Below are positions 8,388 to 18,010 of a DNA stretch of 64,000 bases, piece after piece. Where the stretch lies: the NCBI GenBank assembly GCA_964420065.1, contig CAYQQK010000003.1:20478-84477 (forward strand), written 5' to 3'. Below the pieces are notes generated by a model. That model made no database searches. It was given only the letters and a program-made list of their open reading frames with translations, and was not told where the DNA came from. The translations under genes and the position numbers were made by a program. Source of the DNA: an uncultured Syntrophomonadaceae bacterium (lineage in GTDB: Bacteria; Bacillota; Dethiobacteria; DTU022). Each line of letters opens with the position of its first letter. Position 1 is the first letter of the stretch.

Positions 8388-9590
8388 TCAAGCCTGTCTG
8401 TGCACGGCCTTTTCGCTTATAATCGTAGTTTGCCCGGCTCTGATATCCGGCAAGGTAAAGGCAAAGATCAGCCCCAGGATCGGAAGAATGCTGATCACCT
8501 TCATCGCAAAAGGCAGGCCGGCATGGTCGGCAATCGCACCGAGCAAGGTTACCCCGACGGAACCCATGCCTACCCCGAAACCAAGCAATAGCCCCGAGGC
8601 AAGGCCAATGTTTTGCGGCAAGAGTCTCTGTCCGAAAACAACCGTGGTCGAAAAGGTTGAGATCAGTGCAGCCCCGGCAATAAAGGCAAAAACGGGGATA
8701 AAGGTACCGCTTAAATGCAAAAACGGGTAAATCGTGATCAAACAAATAGCCATGGAGAACAGCAAACCGTTGCGTCCACCGAAACGATCGGCGAAAGGGC
8801 CGCCCAGGACGGTACCGACCGCTCCGGCAATCAAAAATATGCTGACCAGGTATTCCGGCTTGGCAACACCTTCAAAACCATGGAAGTAAAAGGGGATAAA
8901 GTAAACCAACCCGGATTGGATCCAGGATCTAATCGTCACGTAGATGATCAGACGCACCAGCTCCGCCACCCTGCTCGGGTAGGTTTGAACGGGTTTTTTC
9001 ACCGCCTCTTTTTTCTGTACCGGCATTTTATCGGCCAGGATTGCTTTAAATTTAGGCAAAAAAAACATGAAAAGCAGGGCGGAAAGGATTCCCGGGACAG
9101 CTATCCAATGAACCGTATCTAACCCGGCAAAACTTAGGACAAAGACAGCCAAGATCGGACCCAAACCATAGCCAAGATTTCCGCCTACTGAAAAAATCGC
9201 CATCGATGCTCCGGCTCGTTCCTCTTTACTCACGTAATGAGCCAGTTTGGACCCCTCCGGGTGGTACCCGGCAATCCCGATCCCGCTTAAAAGCACGACA
9301 AATAACAGTAGGCCATAGGAATTAATTTTCCCGGTCAGGGATAAACCTAACCCGGAAAGAAAAAGCCCGAGCGGCATTAACCAGGGCATCCGGTAACGAT
9401 CGCTGAAAACGCCAAAAAACGGTTGAATAATGGCCGAACTAAAAGTGAAGGCTAGCACAATTACACCGACCTGGAAATAGCTCAGGTTCAAACTTTCGGC
9501 CATTAATGGGGTTAAAATGGGCAAAGCACCCTGGCTCAAGTCAACAATCAGGTGACCGATGCTCAAAATCCATAAGTAAGGGCTAAACAA
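8388..9590 (-). CDS. MFS transporter
   Basis: 400 aa with 12 predicted TM helices and the MFS loop motif GVFSDRYR. Confidence 0.7.
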   Translation of the reverse strand: MFSPYLWILSIGHLIVDLSQGALPILTPLMAESLNLSYFQVGVIVLAFTFSSAIIQPFFGVFSDRYRMPWLMPLGLFLSGLGLSLTGKINSYGLLLFVVLLSGIGIAGYHPEGSKLAHYVSKEERAGASMAIFSVGGNLGYGLGPILAVFVLSFAGLDTVHWIAVPGILSALLFMFFLPKFKAILADKMPVQKKEAVKKPVQTYPSRVAELVRLIIYVTIRSWIQSGLVYFIPFYFHGFEGVAKPEYLVSIFLIAGAVGTVLGGPFADRFGGRNGLLFSMAICLITIYPFLHLSGTFIPVFAFIAGAALISTFSTTVVFGQRLLPQNIGLASGLLLGFGVGMGSVGVTLLGAIADHAGLPFAMKVISILPILGLIFAFTLPDIRAGQTTIISEKAVHRQA

Positions 9591-9623
9591 ATAACCGCCT
9601 CATTTCGATCGTGGTTTAAACGC

Positions 9624-11255
9624 TTAACCGGCCATAAAATGCTTCAAATCCGCTTCAAGAGTGCCAATCCCGGTCAGGCCAAACTTTTCGGCCAGGACCC
9701 TGGTGACATTGGGGGAGAAGAATGCCGGCAGGGTTGGGCCAAGGTGAATATTTTTAATGCCCAGATAGAGCAGTGCCAGGAGCACGGTAACCGCTTTCTG
9801 TTCATACCAGGCGATATTGAAAGCAAGCGGCAACTGATTGATATCGTCAAGCCCAAAAGCCTCCTTGAGCTTGAGGGCTATCAGGGCCAGTGAGTAAGAA
9901 TCGTTGCATTGACCGGCGTCCAGTACCCGGGGAATGCCGTTTATATCGCCCAATTTCAGCTTGTTGTAGCGGTACTTGGCACAGCCGGCTGTTAGAATGA
10001 CGGTATTCTGCGGTAGCTTTTGGGCGAATTCCGTGTAATACCGTCTTGATTTCATCCGTCCGTCGCAACCGGCCATGACAAAGAATTTTTTAATCGCTCC
10101 GGATTTAACCGCTTCAATGATCTGATCGGCCAGAGCCATAACCTGATGATGGGCAAAGCCGCCGGTAATGCTCCCAGTTTCGATCTCAGCGGGTGGTGGG
10201 AGAGTCCCCGCAAGCGCGATGATTTCGGAAAAATCCTTTTTACCGTTTTCATCTTCTTCAATATGTCGGCAGCCGGGGCAACCGCTTGACCCGGTCGTAA
10301 AAATCCTGTTTCTAATCTCTTCGCTTCGGGGGGGGACAATACAGTTCGTTGTAAACAAGATTGGACCGTGAAAGGAGGCAAACTCATCGGACTGTTTCCA
10401 CCAGGCGTTACCGTAATTGCCGGCAAGGTGCTCGAATCGTTTGAATGCCGGGTAAGAATGAGCCGGTAGCATCTCACCGTGGGTGTAAACATCGATGCCG
10501 CTGCCCCAGGTTTGCTTCAACAGTTGGTCGAGATCGGTGAGGTCATGGCCGGAAATGAGAATGGCCGGGTTTTTTCGGACACCAATATTGACCGAGGTTA
10601 TTGCGGGATTGCCGAAACGTGAGGTGTGGGCCCTGTCCAGAAGGGCCATCACCTTGACGCAGTACTCCCCGGTTTTTAGCGTCAGTGCGACCAGATCGTT
10701 CACCGTGAGCGAATCGTCCAAAGTGGCGGCCAGCGTTTCATAGATAAAGGAATTGAGGTCAAGATCTTCTGTGCCGATATTTTTTGCATGCTCGGCATAA
10801 GCCGCCATACCCTTTAACCCGTAAGTGATCAACTCGCGCAAGGAGCGCACGTCTTGATCCACGGTTGCAAGGACGCCCACTGCGGCGGCTTTTTCCAGCA
10901 TCTCTTCCCGCGTACTGACCTTGAAGGTAGCCGCGTCGTGCAAGCTTTTCAGGGGTAAGGAATCCCCGAGTTCATCCCGGGTGGCGATCATCTTCAAGAT
11001 CTGTTTTTCAAACGAAGGCTCATCCCAGTTTGCGTTGGTAATGGTCATGAAAAGACTGTCCAATACGGCACAGTTCGCCGGGCCAAGTTTGTTTAGATCG
11101 AGTTTGCCTTTGACTACGATTTCCGCAACACCTTTTACTGTGTATATGAGTAAATCTTGCAGTTGAGCCAGTGTTTCGTTTTTTCCACAAACACCGCGAA
11201 CCGTGCAACCCTTGCCTTTGGCTGTCTCCTGACATTGATAACAAAACATTTTCAT
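9624..11255 (-). CDS. hcp: Hybrid-cluster protein / hydroxylamine reductase
   Basis: N-terminal [23 protein letters not shown] cysteine motif; 543 aa is typical for Hcp. Confidence 0.9.
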   Translation of the reverse strand: MKMFCYQCQETAKGKGCTVRGVCGKNETLAQLQDLLIYTVKGVAEIVVKGKLDLNKLGPANCAVLDSLFMTITNANWDEPSFEKQILKMIATRDELGDSLPLKSLHDAATFKVSTREEMLEKAAAVGVLATVDQDVRSLRELITYGLKGMAAYAEHAKNIGTEDLDLNSFIYETLAATLDDSLTVNDLVALTLKTGEYCVKVMALLDRAHTSRFGNPAITSVNIGVRKNPAILISGHDLTDLDQLLKQTWGSGIDVYTHGEMLPAHSYPAFKRFEHLAGNYGNAWWKQSDEFASFHGPILFTTNCIVPPRSEEIRNRIFTTGSSGCPGCRHIEEDENGKKDFSEIIALAGTLPPPAEIETGSITGGFAHHQVMALADQIIEAVKSGAIKKFFVMAGCDGRMKSRRYYTEFAQKLPQNTVILTAGCAKYRYNKLKLGDINGIPRVLDAGQCNDSYSLALIALKLKEAFGLDDINQLPLAFNIAWYEQKAVTVLLALLYLGIKNIHLGPTLPAFFSPNVTRVLAEKFGLTGIGTLEADLKHFMAG

Positions 11256-11320
11256 TTTCCGCCTCCCGTATTTTTACAAGACGTAGGGGAGGGCTCCCCC
11301 ATGTTGTCCCGATGTTATTT

Positions 11321-11635
11321 TCAACTACCCGGGGCCGGCGCCTTGATGACAATTAGCTCCAGCATTCCACTGTGTAGGTTCTTTACGTTCATTTTGGTTT
11401 GAAAAGGTATTGTGAGAAGAGTTCCCGCCCCGTACTCGTGAGTTTCCTGTTCATTCCGGCTGATGGAAAGCTTTCCATGGATTACGGTCATGTAAACGTT
11501 GGAGTTGGAAAGATGTTCCGGGAGCCCTTCATTTTTATTAAACAGCATATGAAGATAATGAATATTTTCGTCAAACACGATCTTTTCAACCTTTTTCCGG
11601 TTGCTTGAGGATAGCTTGAACACTTGTTCGATCAT
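11321..11635 (-). CDS. Cupin-domain protein, co-directional with and upstream of hcp
   Basis: 104 aa beta-barrel-like sequence (VYMTVIHGKLSI...HEYGAGTLLTIP). Confidence 0.5.
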   Translation of the reverse strand: MIEQVFKLSSSNRKKVEKIVFDENIHYLHMLFNKNEGLPEHLSNSNVYMTVIHGKLSISRNEQETHEYGAGTLLTIPFQTKMNVKNLHSGMLELIVIKAPAPGS

Positions 11636-11902
11636 GTCCCTTTACTCTCCTTTGTGCCATCCCGGATTTTTCTTCTCATTATTATATCATACGGCCTGAA
11701 CCTTGCGGATCGCCTGTCAGTTGGAGGATTTAAAGGATTCCGTTGAAGCTTGTTGTGACCCGCTGTAGTGAAAATTGCAAGGAGTTGGTTCCGCAGCAAA
11801 TGTTTGTTTTATATAACAGCCGGTTATTGTGAACCGGATCATTTGAAACTGGCAGGGCTGCTGCGGACGGTTGCTATCCCGGGCCTGCGTGATGCGGGCG
11901 GG

Positions 11903-13240
11903 TCAGGGGGACGGTGTCTCTCGATCATTGCCGCCGGGTAATTGATCCGGACGGCCGGTCCCCAAAAGATGTTCCATAATCAATACTGTTATAACGCCGA
12001 TCACAAGCCCGTTACCAAGGATTGGTCTCAAAACGACGGGGAAGGTACTGATGATATTTGAAGGAAGAAAAGAGATAACAATGCCCAACATCAATGGGAA
12101 CCCCATCACCAGACCGGTTTCAAAATTAAAACCATTTTTAGAATTGAAAGCCATGGTCAATCCGACTGCCAGTTGCGAACAGATGATAAACAAAAAAATG
12201 GACCCGATGACCACGGTGGGGATCGTACCCATAGCGGCTATTACCGGGGGCAGAAAGGAAATGATGATCAAAACTATCCCTGCCGGAATGAGAGCATTGC
12301 TGTAACTGCAACCGGTAGAAACAATTACTCCGGGGCTCAAGGAGTAATTGACAGGGCCAATCACACCGAAGAGCCCGGAGAAAAGGTTAAGCAAACCGGT
12401 GATCGACAGCCCACGGGAAACCCTTTTTGGCAAATGATCCGGTTTTACCAGGCTGCCAACGGAATAGAATGCACCCAAATCGTTGATGGACAAGGCGAGA
12501 AAACAGACCAAGAAAGAAAGAATTACCCCCGGATCGAAATCAAGCGAGAAAATTGTATTTTGGAAAAAAGCGGCGAAAATGACGCCGCCGGTTTCCTCCA
12601 TTGGTTGCAACCTTTGCGGAAAAAGTAACTTATGGGCAATCATGCCTGCTACCAAGGACCACATAATCAAGGATGATTTCCAGAAGCCAGTGGCATGTTT
12701 GTTTGCCACGAAGATACAGAACACAAAGGCTAGGGCGAAACAAAGGTTTGGCAAAGCCAGTTCCGGCTTGGCGGGGGCTATAATCAGGTCGCCGATCATC
12801 GGAATCAATGAAAACGCAACCAGGATGAGAACAGTCGCAACCACCGTGTCAGTAAAAAGCCTCTGGATATAGCTGAATAAACCGGTCACACCCGAAAGGA
12901 AAAGAAAAAATCCACCCACGGCAGCCGCCGTGTACACGGCGGCAGGGCTACTGGAGCGGCTGGCTATGACTCCGACCAGCAAAATGGAGGAAGGCCCGAT
13001 AATAAGCGGGAGCCGGTGTCCCCAAAACAATTGGACCAAAAAGGACACTCCAGAAATGAAAAAAATCTTTTGCAGGTAGTTGACCTGATCTAGTGGGCAA
13101 GCATAATGGATGGCTGCCGCTATATTTCCAGTAATAAGCACAAGGGGAACGGCGACCACAAACCATGTCAATCCGACAAACATCAGTTCAGCAAAAGGGG
13201 GCATTTCATTTAGTTTGTACTTCAATTTCACCTGGTCCAT
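11903..13240 (-). CDS. Polytopic permease, NCS2/SulP-like fold (putative nucleobase/anion transporter)
   Basis: About 445 aa and highly hydrophobic, with an architecture similar to UraA-type permeases. Start chosen at the internal Met (MDQVKLKYKL). Confidence 0.45.
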   Translation of the reverse strand: MDQVKLKYKLNEMPPFAELMFVGLTWFVVAVPLVLITGNIAAAIHYACPLDQVNYLQKIFFISGVSFLVQLFWGHRLPLIIGPSSILLVGVIASRSSSPAAVYTAAAVGGFFLFLSGVTGLFSYIQRLFTDTVVATVLILVAFSLIPMIGDLIIAPAKPELALPNLCFALAFVFCIFVANKHATGFWKSSLIMWSLVAGMIAHKLLFPQRLQPMEETGGVIFAAFFQNTIFSLDFDPGVILSFLVCFLALSINDLGAFYSVGSLVKPDHLPKRVSRGLSITGLLNLFSGLFGVIGPVNYSLSPGVIVSTGCSYSNALIPAGIVLIIISFLPPVIAAMGTIPTVVIGSIFLFIICSQLAVGLTMAFNSKNGFNFETGLVMGFPLMLGIVISFLPSNIISTFPVVLRPILGNGLVIGVITVLIMEHLLGTGRPDQLPGGNDRETPSP

Positions 13241-13472
13241 ATCCGTCTCCCTTGACCATTTCTTATACGAAATTTGCTGCAAATTATCATTCGGAACGCA
13301 ACTATTTTGGCGGTGATTACTCGTCGGTGAACCGCCTGACGAAAGCACCAGGGGGAAAAATATTGGCATCATGTAAGGCGGAAAAGTTCCTACCCTAACA
13401 CATCTTTGGACGTTTTTCGTATCGAATGATGAACGACAGGGGCTACCGGTTATTGCAAGCCTCCAAAGACTT

Positions 13473-13549
13473 GGCGCGCCTGGGAGGATTTGAACCCCCG
13501 ACCAACGGATTAGAAGTCCGCTGCTCTATCCCCTGAGCTACAGGCGCGC
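13473..13549 (-). tRNA. tRNA-Arg (anticodon TCT)
   Basis: Reverse complement GCGCGCCTGTAGCTCAGGGGATAGAGCAGCGGACTTCTAATCCGTTGGTCGGGGGTTCAAATCCTCCCAGGCGCGCCA folds as a cloverleaf with anticodon loop CU-UCU-AA. CCA is encoded. Confidence 0.85.
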
Positions 13550-13557
13550 TTGTATGT

Positions 13558-13586
13558 ATTCTACCCCGGCAACCGGTAAAAATCAA
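13558..13586 (-). promoter_or_regulatory. Sigma-A type promoter for tRNA-Arg (TTGATT-N17-TAGAAT)
   Basis: On the minus strand, TTGATTtttaccggttgccggggTAGAAT lies about 8 nt upstream of the tRNA 5' end. Confidence 0.4.
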
Positions 13587-13979
13587 CGGAAGCAACGCCT
13601 GTCACCCGGGAGGACGGGATTTAAAACGGCCATTTTTGAACGGCGTCCCAGTGCCGGCGGGGGGATGCGGGGTGGCGGGATGATGTGCTCTGGATCGTCT
13701 CCCGGAAGGAAGGGAAGTCCGCACCCGGTTAAGTGGCATTTTTATTCGGCCGGTTCAGCCGGAGCCGTGACGCCCATCGCTGCAAAAACGGTCAAAAGCG
13801 GGGGCGAAAATATTCAATCCGATCAAAATGAGAGGCCTCCTGCTGTGTCAGGACCGGGTTTGCGGGATCGTGGCGAACTGGGAGCTGGGAGCGTCTCAGA
13901 AATAGCGCGGCCCCGTATTGGTCCCCCGGTGATGCGGGCGCATGAAATAAATCTTAACAAGGTTCGGAAGGGGGGACGC

Positions 13980-16433
13980 CTAACGGTAAATGGACCGGTC
14001 GGAATATGGTGGAATAAAGGCTCCTTTTCTTTTGTGGGTTCCCGGAAGCGGCGGACCAACCGGCCGTTTGTTTCTTTTGTTTGTTTGTACTTGCATTTTT
14101 GCAACAGCCTTCCCATCCAGGTTGGAGTTGTGGAGATAAGGGCGGACCCGTAGTTCAAACCGGTACAGGGTTAGCAAGGCGATAAGAAAGGTAATGGTTG
14201 ATCCGGTCCCCCTGTTTTTACTGATATCGCTTTGGTTCAGGCCGTCGGCACAGGCGCCCGTATCCGCGGAATAAACCGGCTTCCCGAGGCGATTCCGTCC
14301 CAGGAACCATTGAAAAGCGGCATATCCCAACTCAAGGTGTTCTTCTTTGCCGTAAAGGGTATAGGCCAGCACATAAGTTTCCACCAGCGCGCCGGCAATC
14401 AGTGGCTGCCGCTCTAAAACAACCAATTCATTATCCGGTTGATGAGACCAGCTTTCACCGGCGGTAAAATCAAAAAACCCTTCACGGTAAAAAGTGGCCG
14501 TCAAAAAATCCAGGGCGGAAAGGGCCGTCTTCAGGTATGGCTTCTTCTGGAAATGGCGGTAGGCCAGCAACAGTGCTTGTGATAATCGGGCGTACTGATA
14601 GGCGGGGTACGGCCCGGGCTCGAAACACTGCCGGCCCAGTTGCAACAAACGGGTGGTAAGAGTGTCCAAACATGCGCTTACCTTTTCCACCTGTGGGTAT
14701 TTTTGCAAGTAGGACTCCAGGCCACAGATACTGTAGGCCATGGCCCCGGGTTCAGTCAGCTGTTCCAGCAGGGGCAGGCTTAGTTCAAAAAGTGTTTTGG
14801 CGGTTTCAATCTGGCCGTTGTCCCGGCAGAGCCGGCATACCGCACCCAGACCCCACAAGCAACGGCCAAAGGTATTTTTCTTTTTTTCCGGTTGATCAAA
14901 CTGGCGCCGGTAATTCATGTTCCGGGCAAACCAGCCGCTTTCCTGACGTGCATGTTTGATAAAGGAAAGATACCGATCAATCAAAGGTAGGGCTGTATCC
15001 GTATGGTAAAGGTTGTGGTATTCCGTGTAAACGACCAGGGCGCGGGCTACATCGTCGACCATGTAACCGCCGGCGCGTTCGGCGATGCCGTGATCGGTGC
15101 TGCAGATAATTCCCGTATCGTCGGAAAGCGACTGCAAAAACTCCAGGTTAATCGGGGGCAGGAAGGGGGTAAACGACAGTGCGGGTGAAAGGGAGGCCCG
15201 GGTTTCATTAACAACAGTTTCGAACAGGCCGGCATATTCGCGGGCCACTTTACTCCAGAACATGTCTTGCCCCAGGGTGAAGGCTTCCGCGGCCATGGAC
15301 AGTCTCTTTTCCTGACTCCCCAGCAGTTCCAACGCCGCTGTGGCAATGCCCTCGGGATCGTTAAAATTCACAAGTTTTCCCCGCCCCCCGTCAAGGACTT
15401 TTTGAGCATGATAATAGGGAGTGGAGATGACTGGTTTTCCCCTACCCAAAGCAATGCTGAGCACCCCGCTGGTGATCTGTTCTTTCGAAAGATATGGACA
15501 GACAACGATATCGGATGCCCCAACATATTCCCCCAGCGTTTTATCGTCCACAAATTCATCACAGAAAAGGACATGCTCTTGCAACTCCAGTTTCCGGACC
15601 AGGCCCTTGAGCATGTTACGGTAATCTTCCCCGTACTGCTTTTTGACCTCCGGGTGGGTGATCCCAAGGATGATATAAAGCGTGCGCGGATGGTTTTTGA
15701 CGATCGAGGGCAGAGCCTCGATCGTGTTTTCAATGCCCTTGTTCGGACTGAGAAAACCAAAAGTTAAAAGGATTTCCCGGTTAGCCAGGCCGAGCCGGTT
15801 TTTGTAATACAGGGGATCCACATAGAAGGCATCGGGGACCCCATGATAAATAAGTTTGATTTTATTGGCGGCGATATTGTAGGTGTCCTTTAACATGTCC
15901 AGAGCCAACTCGTTCATGACGATCATGGACTGGGAGAAAGCGGCGGCTTCAATGACCGCTTTGTATTGAGTGGCGGTCGGTTCAGCCAGGACGGTATGCA
16001 AGGTAACCACCGCCGGCTTTTGCAAGTGCCCCAAAAATTCTGTAATATAGCTGCCGTCGGTTCCCCCGAACAGCCCGAATTCATGTTGCAGGGAAACCAG
16101 ATCGATATCGGCGGCGTTGACATAAGCGGCAGCCCGCCGGTAATCCTCCGGATTGGCTTGCGCGATTTGGAAAACAACCTGCGGCGGGTAGGCGTGATTG
16201 TCTGTAGCATTATTCATGGCGATAAAAGTACAGGTATCATCTCCGAGGCACGCTTCAAGAGCCGTGCTTAAACTTGCTGTAAAAGTAGCTATACCACACC
16301 GGCGTGGAAGACAGCTGCCGACGAAAGCAACGCGCAGCCTTTTTTGGTCATGCTTGTTGCTGGAAATTCCGAACAAGAAAAACCCTCCCTTGAAAATAAT
16401 CAAATACATATCGATGCTTGTCCCCAAATGCAA
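13980..16433 (-). CDS. Large fusion protein: N-terminal GT1 (GT4-type) glycosyltransferase plus C-terminal six-hairpin glycosidase-like domain
   Basis: N-terminal half has GT4 features (RVAFVG..., E-x7-E-like C-terminal region of the GT domain). C-terminal ~400 aa resembles (alpha/alpha)6 glycoside-hydrolase/debranching-like proteins. The real start may be an internal TTG/ATG preceded by GGAGGG. Confidence 0.55.
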   Translation of the reverse strand: MHLGTSIDMYLIIFKGGFFLFGISSNKHDQKRLRVAFVGSCLPRRCGIATFTASLSTALEACLGDDTCTFIAMNNATDNHAYPPQVVFQIAQANPEDYRRAAAYVNAADIDLVSLQHEFGLFGGTDGSYITEFLGHLQKPAVVTLHTVLAEPTATQYKAVIEAAAFSQSMIVMNELALDMLKDTYNIAANKIKLIYHGVPDAFYVDPLYYKNRLGLANREILLTFGFLSPNKGIENTIEALPSIVKNHPRTLYIILGITHPEVKKQYGEDYRNMLKGLVRKLELQEHVLFCDEFVDDKTLGEYVGASDIVVCPYLSKEQITSGVLSIALGRGKPVISTPYYHAQKVLDGGRGKLVNFNDPEGIATAALELLGSQEKRLSMAAEAFTLGQDMFWSKVAREYAGLFETVVNETRASLSPALSFTPFLPPINLEFLQSLSDDTGIICSTDHGIAERAGGYMVDDVARALVVYTEYHNLYHTDTALPLIDRYLSFIKHARQESGWFARNMNYRRQFDQPEKKKNTFGRCLWGLGAVCRLCRDNGQIETAKTLFELSLPLLEQLTEPGAMAYSICGLESYLQKYPQVEKVSACLDTLTTRLLQLGRQCFEPGPYPAYQYARLSQALLLAYRHFQKKPYLKTALSALDFLTATFYREGFFDFTAGESWSHQPDNELVVLERQPLIAGALVETYVLAYTLYGKEEHLELGYAAFQWFLGRNRLGKPVYSADTGACADGLNQSDISKNRGTGSTITFLIALLTLYRFELRVRPYLHNSNLDGKAVAKMQVQTNKRNKRPVGPPLPGTHKRKGAFIPPYSDRSIYR

Positions 16434-17038
16434 CCAAAACAGGGTCTTTATCGCTGTTAAAATCTAAAATGCTTTGTCTCAAGACATGACTGACAGGTTT
16501 TGTCCGAAAAACAGGTCACCCGACTGGGGCCGGTAAAATAGTGTCACCTATTTATCCGGCTGTCTCCATCGCCGAAAACAGTATTTACCGATCTGTTCAC
16601 TGTGATTCAGTTTCAAGGTGCAGAACTTGAAAATGTGGCATCAGAAATTCGTCCCGGGGGCTTTCCCGCCATAGCGGCATCGTGCCCCGGGGGCAATCAA
16701 GTAAAATTATGGGCTCTTTGTTCCTGCGTATGTAGAACTTTACGAAAATAGCGCACCATAAGTAATGCACCATGGTGTTGCCACCGGTTGCACCTGTTGT
16801 CTGAAGAAAAATCCTTTATAACTCCAATTCCGGCAACTTCAGTTATTGTAACCTAAAAAGGCTAAAAAATCAATAATCAAAACGGGGGTGTGTTGCCGGT
16901 GAAGGAATCCTGTATCGATTGAAAGAACATGAAAGAACATGAAGGAACATGATTGTTGGCAATACACACTTCATAACAAACTTTCTCCACTAGACTGCTG
17001 AAGGGTGTAAACACAAACGAAAGGATAGGAGGCAGATC

Positions 17039-17719
17039 ATGGAGTCTACTGCTATTCCCTCTTGCGCCAAATGTGCGATCCCAAATGAAGATAGAGCGTG
17101 CCGCTTGCAAGGCGGCAGGGGTCCGTTATTTTGTCCAACGAAGCAGATGGAAACAGTTGTTGAAGAAGCCAGGAATAAATATCTTGAACCGGCTGTGCTT
17201 GAATTTGCACGGCAGGCTTCGTTGCAGGAAGCGGAATGTTACATCAATCGGGACGCGGATCCGCCGGTCCGCCACCCGATCAAGCCTCGTCTGCAGGAAA
17301 TATGCGAATTTGCCCACCGCATGCACTATCATCGGTTAGGCTTGGCGTTTTGCGGCGGCCTGAAAAAAGAGGCGTTCCTGTTGGATACCATTCTTGAAAA
17401 AAACGGATTTGAAATCGTTTCGGTTGTTTGCAAGGCCGGTTGCACGCCGAAAGAAATGCTCGGCATTACCGATTCGGAAAAAGTACGGATTGGCCGTTTT
17501 GAATCCATGTGCAATCCCATTGCCCAGGCTGAAATATTGAATGCATCCAGGACAGATTTCAACATTTTGCTGGGCTTATGCGTGGGGCATGATTCCCTGT
17601 TCTTTAAGTACGCTCATGCTCCAACTACGGTTTTTGCGGTCAAGGACCGGGTCCTGGGGCACAATCCCCTGGCCTTGATCTATACATCCGGTTCTTATTA
17701 CGAACGATTTTTGCGTTGA
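17039..17719 (+). CDS. DUF1847-like putative metal-binding protein
   Basis: Cys-rich N-terminus (CAKCAIPNEDRACRL...FCPT); 226 aa. The family assignment is from memory. Confidence 0.35.
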   Translation: MESTAIPSCAKCAIPNEDRACRLQGGRGPLFCPTKQMETVVEEARNKYLEPAVLEFARQASLQEAECYINRDADPPVRHPIKPRLQEICEFAHRMHYHRLGLAFCGGLKKEAFLLDTILEKNGFEIVSVVCKAGCTPKEMLGITDSEKVRIGRFESMCNPIAQAEILNASRTDFNILLGLCVGHDSLFFKYAHAPTTVFAVKDRVLGHNPLALIYTSGSYYERFLR

Positions 17720-18010
17720 CCGCAATCCCGGTATCATGATCGCGTCCCGGCAGTTTTCATGTGGAAAGGTTTGAACGGATGGAGCCGGCCGGTTGGGGGG
17801 CTGTCAGATTCGGTCCCTTTTTCCCATCTACGGGGGCAGACCCGTGCTTGCGGGCCTGTCCCCTTGCTTGTCAAGTGGTCTTTTTGCCTCAATCTGGGGC
17901 AAAAGGAGGGATTAAAGCAGTACCTATGGAATTTACCCATTGAATCGATAATACCCGGCAATTATCATTGTCTATGACTTTCGACAAAATATGACTGGAG
18001 GCGAGAATGA

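Noticed and set aside
8341-8745. Overlapping small ORFs on both strands at the 3' end of the MFS transporter gene
   Set aside because: Embedded in the transporter coding sequence with odd composition.
13587-13979. Possible RNase P or SRP RNA in the G-rich spacer (CCGGAAGGAAGGGAAGTCCG resembles SRP domain IV / RNase P P4)
   Set aside because: The match is limited to about 11 nt. It lacks GGAAAGTCCGGGCTCC / ACAGAANCCGGCTTA (RNase P) or the full GGUCCGGAAGGAAGCAGC (SRP) motifs. Left unassigned.
13554-14153. 199-aa + strand ORF rich in G/P/R between tRNA-Arg and the glycosyltransferase gene
   Set aside because: Low-complexity composition, overlaps the 3' end of the minus-strand gene and has no RBS. 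Likely non-coding.
17900-17960. 5-codon mini-ORF (MEFTH) upstream of aspA as a possible leader peptide
   Set aside because: RBS spacing is poor and there is no attenuator structure. Likely coincidental.
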